A DNA stretch of 64,000 nt. Source: a virus. Each line of letters begins with the position of its first letter. The stretch's first letter is position 1. Positions 19,455-28,671 of the stretch are shown here, one piece after another. Under the pieces are notes generated by a model. That model made no database searches, was not told the origin of the DNA, and worked only from the letters and a program-made list of their open reading frames with translations. The translations under genes were made by a program, and so were the position numbers. The DNA lies in IMG/VR virus record IMGVR_UViG_3300038393_002936, one strand, 5' to 3'.

Positions 19455-20438
19455 ATGAGCGAAGTCGAAGCGAAACCCCTTGGTGAGGGGGACCGGTTTG
19501 GATTTTGGGCGGTAATCAAAAGGGACACAAAAAGGAATGGGAAGTGGCATTATATTTGCCGCTGCGGCAAATGCGAAGGGCTTGTTTCGGTACTGAAACG
19601 CTCTTTGCTTCTCAGCAAGAGCACGCAGTGCGCCGCATGTGCCCAAAAAGAAAGGACGAAATACAAAAGAGAGATTCAATCCGGGGAAATGTTTGGCTCG
19701 TGGAAGGTGCTGCGTATCCACTCAAAGGATGACACGTCCAGGGTTAAATATGTATGCCTTTGCACAAAATGCAATAGAGAATTTATTATCTCGTGGTCAT
19801 CTCTTACTTACAAAAAAAGCGAGGCCTGTCGTGGATGCCAAAACAAAGAAAAAATTTGCGATAATAACAAAATACCACCAGGAACAAAGTTTGGCTTCTG
19901 GGAAGCCCTCTATTTCGATAATTCACAAAAGGGGAATAGATATATTTGCAAGTGTCATCGGTGCCAAAGCGAGCATTCAATTCCAGCTACTTACTTGAGA
20001 AATAACAGAACCAAACAGTGCGAAACATGCTACAAAAGAAAAAAGGGGAAATTGAGCTCAAAATGGACCGGATATCAAGACTTGTCAGGCAGTATGTTCG
20101 GAAGGTATAAAGCAGGGGCTAAATGGCGACAAATTGAATTCAACATAACAATTGAATACGCATGGGGCCTATTCGTTAAGCAAAATGCCCGCTGCGCAAT
20201 TAGCGGCGTACAACTTCATATTAAGCCGAGTGAAAACAACGAGGTAACCGCCTCGCTAGACAGAATCGACTCTGCCGCCGGATACATCGTCGGGAATCTC
20301 CAATGGATACATAAAAAATTAAATGCCATGAAAAGTGACTACTCAATTGAAGAGTTTATAAGTTGGTGTCATTTAGTCGCCGAATCTAACCCTCGGCCAA
20401 GTCAAAAACTCGCGACCGAACCAACAACCGCTGCCTGA
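19455..20438 (+). CDS. Free-standing HNH-type homing endonuclease
   Basis: Three G..FG.W...Y.C.C..C repeats plus CAISG...SLDRIDS..GY..GNLQW.H..N.MK; AT-rich; antisense to the late operon. Confidence 0.8.
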   Translation: MSEVEAKPLGEGDRFGFWAVIKRDTKRNGKWHYICRCGKCEGLVSVLKRSLLLSKSTQCAACAQKERTKYKREIQSGEMFGSWKVLRIHSKDDTSRVKYVCLCTKCNREFIISWSSLTYKKSEACRGCQNKEKICDNNKIPPGTKFGFWEALYFDNSQKGNRYICKCHRCQSEHSIPATYLRNNRTKQCETCYKRKKGKLSSKWTGYQDLSGSMFGRYKAGAKWRQIEFNITIEYAWGLFVKQNARCAISGVQLHIKPSENNEVTASLDRIDSAAGYIVGNLQWIHKKLNAMKSDYSIEEFISWCHLVAESNPRPSQKLATEPTTAA

Positions 20439-20446
20439 GCCGCCAA

Positions 20447-20482
20447 TAAAAAAGAAAAAGAGGAGGGGTCGTCCCCTCCTCT
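20447..20482 (-). terminator. Intrinsic terminator
   Basis: AGAGGAGGGG-TCGT-CCCCTCCTCT stem with an A-run on the left (U-tract on the minus strand). Confidence 0.7.
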
Positions 20483-20512
20483 CCCGACCAACCATTAAGG
20501 TCAATAACCGGG

Positions 20513-20719
20513 TCAGTCCGCCTTAAACCCAATTGTCTGCTTCTCGACTTCCCCGGCACTGTCGATTTCGCACGGGTCGACCCACTGACAACAGCGAGTC
20601 TTCCCGTCCCACCAAACGACTTCGTAGGACAGGGCGGCAGACCGGATGCTAGCGGCAGTTACCTGAGCCGCCTGGCCGCCGACCAGTGTGACTTTCTGGC
20701 CGGGCTTGATAATGGTCAC
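20513..20719 (-). CDS. Small hypothetical protein (SH3-like)
   Basis: Start overlaps the previous stop; IKPGQKVTL...YEVVWWDG. Confidence 0.55.
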   Translation of the reverse strand: MTIIKPGQKVTLVGGQAAQVTAASIRSAALSYEVVWWDGKTRCCQWVDPCEIDSAGEVEKQTIGFKAD

Positions 20720-21504
20720 GCCCCAGCCCCCCAGTCGTCCTCGACCTCGAAAGTCTCGGCCTCGCCCCCCTGCCCTTCTTCTGGCAGAGGATTGCCGTCT
20801 TCCCCAACCGGATTCCCCTCCACGTCACACAATCGACCTTCTCGGTCGACCAACGCCAAGTCCTTGTCCCGAATCATCCGGTGCTTCAACAGGAACTGAT
20901 TCTCGACCAAATTCCGCTCGTCCGCGTCCGGGTCGTACCCGAAGTACAAGTTCGCGAACTCCTCGGCCGCCTTCAGGGTGTCCGGGTCCCCGCCGCGGGC
21001 CTTGTAGTCCTCGACGTCCTTGAAGTAAGCCTTGCCCGTGTCGGCTACCTTGACGCACCGGCTGGCCAGGAAGTTGAACCGGTCCTGGTTGGCGAGCCCC
21101 TCGGCGGTCAGCGACTTGAGCCGCGTGAAATCGCCCAGGAGGCGGACCCGCTCGACCCGGGCCACCCGCATATCAATGGCGGCTCTTCGAGCCGCCGACA
21201 ACTTCACCCCCTTCTTGCGGACCCGCCCGTTCGCGTCGGGGAGCGTGGCCTCGCCGTCCTCGAGGCGGCGGTCAATCTCCTCCAGCTGCTTTTGTTTGGC
21301 GTCGTCCCACAGGCCCCGCTTCCGAACCGCGTCCCACAGGGTGGTCTCGAGGAGGATGTCCGGGTCCTTGGCGTACCGGCCCCAGGCCTTGGCGTACTCG
21401 AGGTCCGCTTCCTGCCGGGTCTTCTGGTCCGGGCGGACGGCCACCAGCTGGAGCTCGACCCCGTCCTTCTCGACCTCGAACTCTCGCTTGTTTTGCGTCG
21501 ACAC
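20716..21504 (-). CDS. Putative tail assembly chaperone
   Basis: Charged 262-aa ORF between tail tube and tape measure. Confidence 0.55.
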   Translation of the reverse strand: MSTQNKREFEVEKDGVELQLVAVRPDQKTRQEADLEYAKAWGRYAKDPDILLETTLWDAVRKRGLWDDAKQKQLEEIDRRLEDGEATLPDANGRVRKKGVKLSAARRAAIDMRVARVERVRLLGDFTRLKSLTAEGLANQDRFNFLASRCVKVADTGKAYFKDVEDYKARGGDPDTLKAAEEFANLYFGYDPDADERNLVENQFLLKHRMIRDKDLALVDREGRLCDVEGNPVGEDGNPLPEEGQGGEAETFEVEDDWGAGA

Positions 21505-21562
21505 TTTTTCAAAACCCTTATTACAGACTCTGGCGTTTTACACTGATGCGAAGCATCAGATA

Positions 21563-22666
21563 TTACCCACTCTTCAAACGCGCCCGCGTCATCGCCGCCA
21601 ATTGCCCCTGGATGGTCCGCTGGCTGTCGGGCATGTCGGATTCTTTAACAGAGCCCGCCCGCCACAGGCAGGCCATCCGCTCGTTCTTCAATGCGGCGGC
21701 CTCCGCGGTCATCAGTGACGATATCTCTTCGCGGTCTTCCTCCGTCAGGTGCCCGGTCTCCTCGCCCGGCTTGGCCCCCACAATGAACACCTCGCCACTA
21801 TTGGCAATCTGCTCGTTCTCCAGGGCCGCGTCGGTCCGGGTCAACGTCACCGTCTTCTCCCGCTCCTGTTTCTTGACCAATAACCACCCGTCGAACGCAT
21901 CGTCGTCACTTATGACGTCGTCCGGGGGTCGCTCCGGGTCCTCGTAACACTGGTCGTACAGGCGGGTCCAGCTCACGAGGGCCCGCTGGTCGTCACTGAG
22001 CTCGGCCGCCGGCCGCCCGAACACGCTCCCCTCACCGTGCCGGCAGGCCCACACGGTCCGCCAGGGGTCGGTCCTCGCCGCCTCTCGCAGTTCGGCCTCG
22101 GACGGCCTCTGTTGCTGAAACGCCCGCACGGCCTGGTCCAGAAGTGGCCCGCAGTCCCGCCAAAAATCCTCGCGGGGCCAGACGGGCTCCCCCCCGGCCC
22201 TCAACAGGCACCGGCCGACCAGATAACGCTGGCGGGCGATGGTCGCGGCCCAGGTCGCGGTCCGGTCGTCGAAGCGGTGCCGGCGGACCAACAGTTCGCC
22301 AATCAACGTGCGGGTCCGGGCGAGCATCTCGCGGGCGGCGTCCCGCTCCCGTTTCCGGCGGCCCGACTTGTAAAGGCGGATTTTGAGCTTGTCCAGGTTC
22401 CCGCGGGCGGTTTCGAGTTCTTCCTCGTCGGTCGCGGACCAGTGCCCGAAACTCACGAGCAATCCAAGAACTTCGTCTTCGCTCAGGAGGCCGTCGAATT
22501 CGGCCTCGCGGAGGACCTCATCATAAACTTCGGCTGCCCCGTAGCGGTCGAGCGGGGTCGGACTGGTCACCCAGAAAATCTCGCGACCGGCGTCCGTCCT
22601 GAGCACCAGCCGGTCCCGCCCGGCAAGAATCCGGTACACGAGCCGTTCGCGGTCCTTGTCGTTCAT
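21563..22666 (-). CDS. Putative tail assembly chaperone-like protein
   Basis: Position after tail tube; YDQCYEDPERPPDDVISDDDAFDGW motif. Confidence 0.5.
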   Translation of the reverse strand: MNDKDRERLVYRILAGRDRLVLRTDAGREIFWVTSPTPLDRYGAAEVYDEVLREAEFDGLLSEDEVLGLLVSFGHWSATDEEELETARGNLDKLKIRLYKSGRRKRERDAAREMLARTRTLIGELLVRRHRFDDRTATWAATIARQRYLVGRCLLRAGGEPVWPREDFWRDCGPLLDQAVRAFQQQRPSEAELREAARTDPWRTVWACRHGEGSVFGRPAAELSDDQRALVSWTRLYDQCYEDPERPPDDVISDDDAFDGWLLVKKQEREKTVTLTRTDAALENEQIANSGEVFIVGAKPGEETGHLTEEDREEISSLMTAEAAALKNERMACLWRAGSVKESDMPDSQRTIQGQLAAMTRARLKSG

Positions 22667-22751
22667 GTAAGGGTATTACCGGCAGGAGAGGGGCAATGGT
22701 CGCAAGGCGAGGCGCAAGAGCGACTTGTTATTTAAGGGTGTCCCTGGTCTA

Positions 22752-22831
22752 CTTCCCTGCCGGACCTTCGGTCCCGTCGGTTGCGCCGACTGTGGAAGCT
22801 TCGCTTCCGTTGACGAAGTCAACTGCCGGAA
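22752..22831 (-). repeat. 80-bp four-hairpin array inside a split TTCCGGCA...GGCAGGGAAG motif
   Basis: Minus strand: TTCCGGCA GTTGAC-TTC-GTCAAC GGAAGC-GAA-GCTTCC ACA GTCGGC-GCA-ACCGAC GGGACC-GAA-GGTCC GGCAGGGAAG. Confidence 0.9.
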
Positions 22832-22933
22832 CTGTATTTCCAGTGAACGGGCCGCCCCGGGACCGTTCACGCACGAAGGGCAGGAGCCAAGCCCCTACCC
22901 TCCGTTTGTTATTCACAAGTGGCGCAGCCACTC

Positions 22934-23974
22934 TTAGGCCCGAAGAGCGACGGTTGGGTCGGCGGGGTGACTTACAGTCAAAGTATTCCACCCTTGGTAA
23001 GAATATGTAATGGTCGCGTTCCCGCCGCCCCGGCCCGCGTTCCCGCCGCTCATGTTGACCGAGGTCAGGCGGTTTTGGGTGCCCATGTCGACCTTCGTCC
23101 CCTCCTGGGTGGCCACGTAAATGTGCTCGTCCTGGGTGTTCTGGTAGTTCGCATACACCCCGGCCTGGGTGGCGGCCACGTGGTCCCCATCCTTGGCCAT
23201 GATTTCGATGGCGGTCGTGGTTTCGACCGGGAAATCCACGTAGCGGAAGTAGGGCCCGAACCGCCCGAGTTCCAGCATGTCGTTCCGGCCGAACGAGGAC
23301 GAAATCCGGACTGACTGGATGCCCACGGTGAACGACCCGGACCCCGTGTCGTCGTTGGTCCCCGAGCTCGAAATCCCGTAGATGGACTTCGGCCACAGGC
23401 ACCCCGACATAATCATATTCTGCCGGCGGTTGACCCCTTCCGGGGCGGCCGGGGAAGGGCTCGACACGCCCATCCCGGCGGTGAACCCCGTGAAGCTGAA
23501 CGAGCCGGTCGCCCAGACCTTGTCGTTGCCGACGAGCGTGACGCTCTCGCGGCTGGCCCCCTGGACCTGGAAGTCGTAGCCCAGCTGCGACACGTACATG
23601 CCGCTGCAAATCACCTGCGAGAGCTGGTTCCCGCTGGCGGTCGCGTTCGTGTCGGCGAACACGCCAATCGCGATGTTGGCCCGCTGGTTCGACCGGCCGA
23701 CCAGGGTTCCCGCGGTCGCGCCCTGGGTGCAACTGTGCCAGATGAGCGGGTAGCCGTCCAGGCACTTCTCGAGGGTCACACTGATATCGGGTACGCCGTC
23801 GACATTCTGGTATACGGCCAACTGTCCGAGTTCGAAGAATTGTTCAGGATTAAAAGAGGTATTAATCCCGACACTCTGAACACCTCTTAAAGTCGTGTAA
23901 GAGGTCGGCGACAGGTCGTAGGAAGCAACCCCCACAGACTCAGCCGCATAATAGACTCTGTGATTCAAAGACAT
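22934..23974 (-). CDS. Major tail (tube) protein
   Basis: GVQSVGINTSFNPEQFFELGQLAVY...PDISVTLEK pattern with an internally duplicated fold; position after the neck genes. Confidence 0.75.
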   Translation of the reverse strand: MSLNHRVYYAAESVGVASYDLSPTSYTTLRGVQSVGINTSFNPEQFFELGQLAVYQNVDGVPDISVTLEKCLDGYPLIWHSCTQGATAGTLVGRSNQRANIAIGVFADTNATASGNQLSQVICSGMYVSQLGYDFQVQGASRESVTLVGNDKVWATGSFSFTGFTAGMGVSSPSPAAPEGVNRRQNMIMSGCLWPKSIYGISSSGTNDDTGSGSFTVGIQSVRISSSFGRNDMLELGRFGPYFRYVDFPVETTTAIEIMAKDGDHVAATQAGVYANYQNTQDEHIYVATQEGTKVDMGTQNRLTSVNMSGGNAGRGGGNATITYSYQGWNTLTVSHPADPTVALRA

Positions 23975-24034
23975 ATACTAATACCGCCTGTTTGTCTGGG
24001 GTAGTCTCTTCACCACTCCCATACACCAAGGCGG

Positions 24035-24973
24035 TCAAGCACCATCAACTTCCAGCGTCAACCTCACGGTCGACCACCACACTTTTCGGCCAATATTCTC
24101 ATTGTCGTGCGACGTGACTTCGGGCACGCGGATTTGCAGCCAGGGGTAGGTCTGGCACAACTGAGGATAGGTCAAAGCGGAGGGGGTCGGCCGCCCGTAC
24201 GGGTCGAGCGGGAGCGGGGCCGCATTGCGGTCGAACGACGGGATTCGCTTGTCCCGCTGTTTGACCAGCATCGCGTTCAGCCGCTTGCGGTCCCACGGGG
24301 TCTCGGCGAATACATGAACTAAAAAATTCTCGCTATAAATCTGGGCCTCGTTCCCGAGCTCGTACGGGTAACCGGTCCCGTTCAAGACGGATTCGACCAC
24401 CAGACACGGCAACTGAATGCGGTTCTGGGCCGGGACCGCCCAGGCCCCCGACGAGTTCGGCCCCCACTGCGGGTCGTCGGTCCGGAGGGAGCCCGCCAAC
24501 AGGGACTGAAACCACGGCTCGTCCGACCGGCGGACGCTCACGAACCGCGGGCTGTACGCGGCCTGGATGACGGTCCCGGTCGGCACGGCATTTTGGAAAA
24601 AGACCTGCCCCAGCGGGTAGTTCACGTAGTGGGCGTACGTGCCAGTTGTGGACGAGCTCGGGTAAAACGTGCCAGACACCCACAGGCCGCTCACCGGAAT
24701 CGGCTGGGTGTCGCGGGGGACCCCGCTCTCCCAGCACCAGTCGCCGCGGTGGGCTTGCCAGACGGTTCCGTCAGGGAAGCGAGGGTCGGCGGCCGGCTGG
24801 AGACGCGACCGGTCGCCCCCGTACGCCCCGAACTGGCCGACGCCCACGTTCTCGTAGGCCCCGACTTCCAGAAGTGCCCAGTTGAGCCACGCCGTTAAAT
24901 TGCCCTCCAGTTGTTCGGTGGGCAAATAGGACCCGTACTCGCCGATGCCGCCCTTGAACCCGTAATCGCTCAT
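24035..24973 (-). CDS. Putative tail terminator/completion protein
   Basis: Directly upstream of the tail tube gene; RIQLPCLVVE...FLVHVFAET..DR motif. Confidence 0.55.
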   Translation of the reverse strand: MSDYGFKGGIGEYGSYLPTEQLEGNLTAWLNWALLEVGAYENVGVGQFGAYGGDRSRLQPAADPRFPDGTVWQAHRGDWCWESGVPRDTQPIPVSGLWVSGTFYPSSSTTGTYAHYVNYPLGQVFFQNAVPTGTVIQAAYSPRFVSVRRSDEPWFQSLLAGSLRTDDPQWGPNSSGAWAVPAQNRIQLPCLVVESVLNGTGYPYELGNEAQIYSENFLVHVFAETPWDRKRLNAMLVKQRDKRIPSFDRNAAPLPLDPYGRPTPSALTYPQLCQTYPWLQIRVPEVTSHDNENIGRKVWWSTVRLTLEVDGA

Positions 24974-25632
24974 AACAGCTTTCGGGCCTCCCGCTCGAGG
25001 AACTGGAGCAGGCGGGGGGCAGCCAGTTCGGCGGCCCGGGTCAGCCAATTCGACCGGGCGGTCCCGGCGTACGCGGGCGGGACCCGGAACGGGGCGAGTT
25101 TTCCGCCGGCCTTACGTTTGGCCATAATCAGTCGGCCGGTCCGGCTGTAAGAGGGGTCGGCCCCGCTGAACAGCCCGTACTCGGTCAGCACGACGGTATC
25201 CCCGGCGAACAGCAACCACTTGAGCCACTCGACGGGCGACGACTGGCCCTTGGCGTTCGTCGACAGGTAATACGCCCCTTCGGCCCCCAGGGCGTCCCCG
25301 AAGTCCTCGCGGATGGCCCCGGCCCACACCCCACCTAGATACTCTCCTGCCGGAGGAATCACCTCAACCCGGGCGGCGACCTGAATGGCCCGGATAATCG
25401 AGGCGACAGCCTCCTTCCCGTCGACCACGCCAAACTCCTCGCGGAGTTGGCCGGCGACGAGCGAGCTGTACTCGGAGGTGGCACGCAGGGCTTCGGCAAC
25501 GGTCTCGCGGACTTCCGGCAGGAGAGTCTCAGCCAGGGTCCGTAATTTGGGTACGGCCTGCCGCTGGAGCTCAACCAGAATCTGACCGGGGAGGCGGGCA
25601 AGGTCGGCGTCGACCGTGACGGTGATGGCCAT
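24970..25632 (-). CDS. Putative neck/tail completion protein
   Basis: Translationally coupled within the head-tail cluster. Confidence 0.5.
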   Translation of the reverse strand: MAITVTVDADLARLPGQILVELQRQAVPKLRTLAETLLPEVRETVAEALRATSEYSSLVAGQLREEFGVVDGKEAVASIIRAIQVAARVEVIPPAGEYLGGVWAGAIREDFGDALGAEGAYYLSTNAKGQSSPVEWLKWLLFAGDTVVLTEYGLFSGADPSYSRTGRLIMAKRKAGGKLAPFRVPPAYAGTARSNWLTRAAELAAPRLLQFLEREARKLL

Positions 25633-26123
25633 TATGGAGCCCGCTTCCACTGTGTAACGACGAACACACCCTGGACGATGTTCGACACGTCCACGGGGTC
25701 GTCGTCCCGGACGTACATCCACCGGGCGACCGCGTCGAGCTCGGGCTGCAACTGGAGCCGCTCGGCGGCCCGGAGTTTAGGGAGGTCCGTTAAATACCCC
25801 TTGGTCTGAATGGTCCCGTCGGGAATCTGGACGTTCGGCGGGGGCTTTTTCCAGAAGTCCTTGGGGTGGACGGCCACGCCCATCTTGAGCGTCTCGGTCA
25901 CCTCCTTCGCCCGGAACCCGTTCCCCCCGCACAGCGGGCAGGTCGTCACGTCGCCGGGCGGGGCCGGGCCGCCGCTCAGCCAGACGTTCCCCGCACACCC
26001 GCACGCCTCCTGGGTCGGCGGATAAAACAACTTGCAGTTCTTGCCCAGCTCGGTAATCAGGTCCTCCAGGGCCTGCTGGGTGACCGATTTGATGGCCGGA
26101 GTGAGAGTGAAGAGAACTCCCAT
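25632..26123 (-). CDS. Putative head-closure protein with Zn finger
   Basis: CGC...CPLCGGNG; head-tail cluster position. Confidence 0.5.
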   Translation of the reverse strand: MGVLFTLTPAIKSVTQQALEDLITELGKNCKLFYPPTQEACGCAGNVWLSGGPAPPGDVTTCPLCGGNGFRAKEVTETLKMGVAVHPKDFWKKPPPNVQIPDGTIQTKGYLTDLPKLRAAERLQLQPELDAVARWMYVRDDDPVDVSNIVQGVFVVTQWKRAP

Positions 26124-26160
26124 TGTTGCTCGCTTCGCTCGCCGTCGAACAAAGTTCGAC

Positions 26161-26391
26161 TCAAGAAGTTGCCGGGCCCCCGGGCCGTTCCCACCCGTCC
26201 GTACCGCCCACTTTGAATCGGGCATCGAGCGTCGTGCCGAGCCCAGGGTCGGTCATCCCATCGACTACCGCGAAGGTCCGGTCCAGTTCGTAATCGGTGG
26301 AACTGGCCGACGGCCCGCCCTCGGGGGCCAGGATGGTCGCCCGGACCTGGTCAATCGTTTTCTTGGAGTCGTCGTGGTAGTAGATTGGCAT
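26161..26391 (-). CDS. Small hypothetical protein
   Basis: Fills the gap in the late operon. Confidence 0.45.
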   Translation of the reverse strand: MPIYYHDDSKKTIDQVRATILAPEGGPSASSTDYELDRTFAVVDGMTDPGLGTTLDARFKVGGTDGWERPGGPATS

Positions 26392-26405
26392 TTGTCCCAC
26401 CCGCG

Positions 26406-26930
26406 TTAGCGGGTGCCCCACCTATAAATCCCGGCCGTCCCGAACGGCATGTCGGTCCCGTACCCGCTGAACAGCCGGAACGGGCTGACCACCGCGGCCC
26501 CGGTCTGGACCCCCCGCTGGCTGACCAAGTACTGTTCCCGCATGTCCTGGTAGACCGCGTTCCACCCCTTCAGCATCAAATCGAGTTTGGCGGTGAAGGC
26601 GGCCCGCAGGTCGACCTCGCTCGCCCCGTCGCGGACCCGGATGGCCTGGTCGGCGGCGGCGGTCGCACTCCCCCGGTCGATAATCCCGGCCGTCTTGACC
26701 GTGACCAGGTCCACGAAATTGTCGTCGGGTTGGGCCAGCAGCGTGGGGTCCGGGTCAATCGTCCGGCCGACCACATCGACCGTGAAGGCGGTCGGAAAAT
26801 CCACGTCGAAAATGACGAGCCGGGCACCCACGCACAGGGCCTGGGTCAGGTCGTCGTTGCTGTACTTGGTGGACGCGCGGTCGCTCACGTACCACCGCAG
26901 CATCGGAATCATCACGTCGGTCCAGGCCAC
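26406..26930 (-). CDS. Putative head-tail adaptor
   Basis: First gene after the capsid; LRWYVSD...YSNDDL, typical of helical adaptors. Confidence 0.6.
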   Translation of the reverse strand: MAWTDVMIPMLRWYVSDRASTKYSNDDLTQALCVGARLVIFDVDFPTAFTVDVVGRTIDPDPTLLAQPDDNFVDLVTVKTAGIIDRGSATAAADQAIRVRDGASEVDLRAAFTAKLDLMLKGWNAVYQDMREQYLVSQRGVQTGAAVVSPFRLFSGYGTDMPFGTAGIYRWGTR

Positions 26931-27036
26931 GGTCAGCGGGCCTCCCCCGGCGTCCCCAGCAACACAATCAGTACGAACATGGTGGCTCTCCTGCCGGACT
27001 CATACACCACACTCGCTCTGCTCGTGTGGGCGGCAC

Positions 27037-27071
27037 AAAACGAAGGGGCCGGGCGTTTCGTGCCCGGCCCC
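27037..27071 (-). terminator. Intrinsic terminator after the major capsid gene
   Basis: GGGGCCGGGC-N7-GCCCGGCCCC followed by TTCGTTTT on the minus strand. Confidence 0.7.
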
Positions 27072-27098
27072 ACGAGGCGACATTCTAATTTATGTCTG

Positions 27099-28133
27099 TT
27101 AGATGGCCCCGACGAGCACTCTCCGCCCGTCACAACACAACCAGCCGTTTTCTCCGTACAGATAATACGACTGTCGCCGCTGCCGCTTGAACCCCTCGTC
27201 TTCCTCAACCGTCGGCTCCTGCCGGACCGGGTTCATGAACACCCCGTCGTGGGAGAGGTCGAGCCCGACAACCAGTTCGAGCTTGGTCTGGGACGAGTTA
27301 TCGCCCGTGTAGGTGTAGGTCGGAAGGCTTCCACCCAGGGTGTTCAGGTAATACTGCTGGAACTCCTGTCCGAGCCCGAGTTCGTCCAGGGACCGAATCT
27401 CGGTCCCGAAAACCTTCATCCGGTCGAGGTCCTCGGCGTCGTAGATGTCCCGCCGGGTCCACGGGTCGAGGGTCTCGACGCCCCACGACCGAATGTCGCC
27501 CATCGCCTCGGGGCTGGTGTACAGCCGGTCGAGCCGCCCGCGGTTGACGCTCGTGCTGTTCCCCCCGGCCTGCCGCCGCATGATAATCTTCATGAGCTCG
27601 ACCTGCCGCTTGGTGAAATACCCGGGCTTGGCGGCGTCGTCGTACACGGTCAGGAACCGGTTGTAGCCGGCGGCCAGGAGCACCCGCCAGGCATCGCTGT
27701 TCTTCTTGCGGGTGACCCCGCCCTCGAGCACCTCGAGGGCTCGCCCGACGATATTCCAACGGGCGTCGCGAGCGTACTTGGTGGCGAAGTCGATGCTCGA
27801 GCCGTACTCGTAGGTCGGGACCACAATGTAGTCGCCGTCCACGTGCCGCTCGGGAATCCGCCCCTGGGCCGGGACCGTGTAGGCGACGTGGTCGACTTCG
27901 GTCCCAGGAGTGAGGAAATCCAGCGGATATTCGGCCGAGACGCCGGGTTGGAGCTTTTCCTCTTCGAAAACGTCGGACGAGATGTCGCCCTTGAGCACGC
28001 CCTGCCTCAGGACAGGTGTGAGGGCCCTGGCCAGTTCGTACCGGCCTTGGGCGGCGACGGCCCGGTCGTCGCTCCCCGCCCGCTTCAGCAGGGCAGTCAT
28101 CAGCGGGCCGGGTTCGCTCGAAAAACGGGCCAT
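27099..28133 (-). CDS. Major capsid protein (HK97-like)
   Basis: 344 aa; AYTVPAQGRIPERHVDGD.IVVPTY.; AGGAG RBS; order protease-decoration-capsid; terminator downstream. Confidence 0.85.
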   Translation of the reverse strand: MARFSSEPGPLMTALLKRAGSDDRAVAAQGRYELARALTPVLRQGVLKGDISSDVFEEEKLQPGVSAEYPLDFLTPGTEVDHVAYTVPAQGRIPERHVDGDYIVVPTYEYGSSIDFATKYARDARWNIVGRALEVLEGGVTRKKNSDAWRVLLAAGYNRFLTVYDDAAKPGYFTKRQVELMKIIMRRQAGGNSTSVNRGRLDRLYTSPEAMGDIRSWGVETLDPWTRRDIYDAEDLDRMKVFGTEIRSLDELGLGQEFQQYYLNTLGGSLPTYTYTGDNSSQTKLELVVGLDLSHDGVFMNPVRQEPTVEEDEGFKRQRRQSYYLYGENGWLCCDGRRVLVGAI

Positions 28134-28191
28134 GTTACCAAAACTCCTATTGTATGAAGTCAGTTTTATTTGTTAGTGTGAGCCGCAGGCC

Positions 28192-28659
28192 TCACGGCAC
28201 CTTGATGGTGACGATGGCGAACCCGTCGGTCCCCTTGCCGGTCTGAAAATACCCGACCGCCGGGATGCTGTTGACCTGCGAGTTCTGAATCTGGCCGTTG
28301 CTGCCGAGGTACGCGGTGTCGCCGGCCGTCGGGGTCCCGCTCACCTGATTGGTCCGGACCCACCCGTCCTTGAGAATCGCCACGTTCTCGCCAACGAGCT
28401 GTTCGGTCCGCTGGAAGTTCCGGTGCTGGCGGGTCGGGTCGATGTTGACCACGTAATCCATCAGGATGCCCAGCACGCGGGTGCCCGAGGCCGGGGTGCC
28501 CGAGCCGGGGGCGGCCACGGGAGCACTATCGTTGATGCCGGGGCTGACCCCGCGGCCCCCCGACTGCGACGGGAGGACCATCACGACCCCCTGCTCCGCC
28601 GCAACATTGCAGATGTGTCGGATGTCGGTGATGTAAACGGCGCGGTCGCCCTTGAGCAC
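28192..28659 (-). CDS. Head decoration/cement protein
   Basis: 155 aa between scaffold and capsid; GWVRTN...PTAGDTAYL..G motif. Confidence 0.65.
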   Translation of the reverse strand: MLKGDRAVYITDIRHICNVAAEQGVVMVLPSQSGGRGVSPGINDSAPVAAPGSGTPASGTRVLGILMDYVVNIDPTRQHRNFQRTEQLVGENVAILKDGWVRTNQVSGTPTAGDTAYLGSNGQIQNSQVNSIPAVGYFQTGKGTDGFAIVTIKVP

Positions 28660-28671
28660 GGCTATCTCCTG

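Noticed and set aside
21505-21562. Programmed -1 frameshift in tail chaperone genes
   Set aside because: The slippery-looking GGGTTTT lies after the stop of the upstream ORF, so it cannot fuse the two ORFs.
22752-22831. Hairpin arrays as ordinary intrinsic terminators
   Set aside because: No U-tracts, short abutting stems, and one copy lies inside a coding sequence; true terminators in this window look different.
26385-28157. Long + strand ORFs antisense to structural genes (e.g. 590 aa at 26385-28157)
   Set aside because: Shadow ORFs from high GC3 on the opposite strand; the - strand products have recognisable motifs and ribosome-binding sites.
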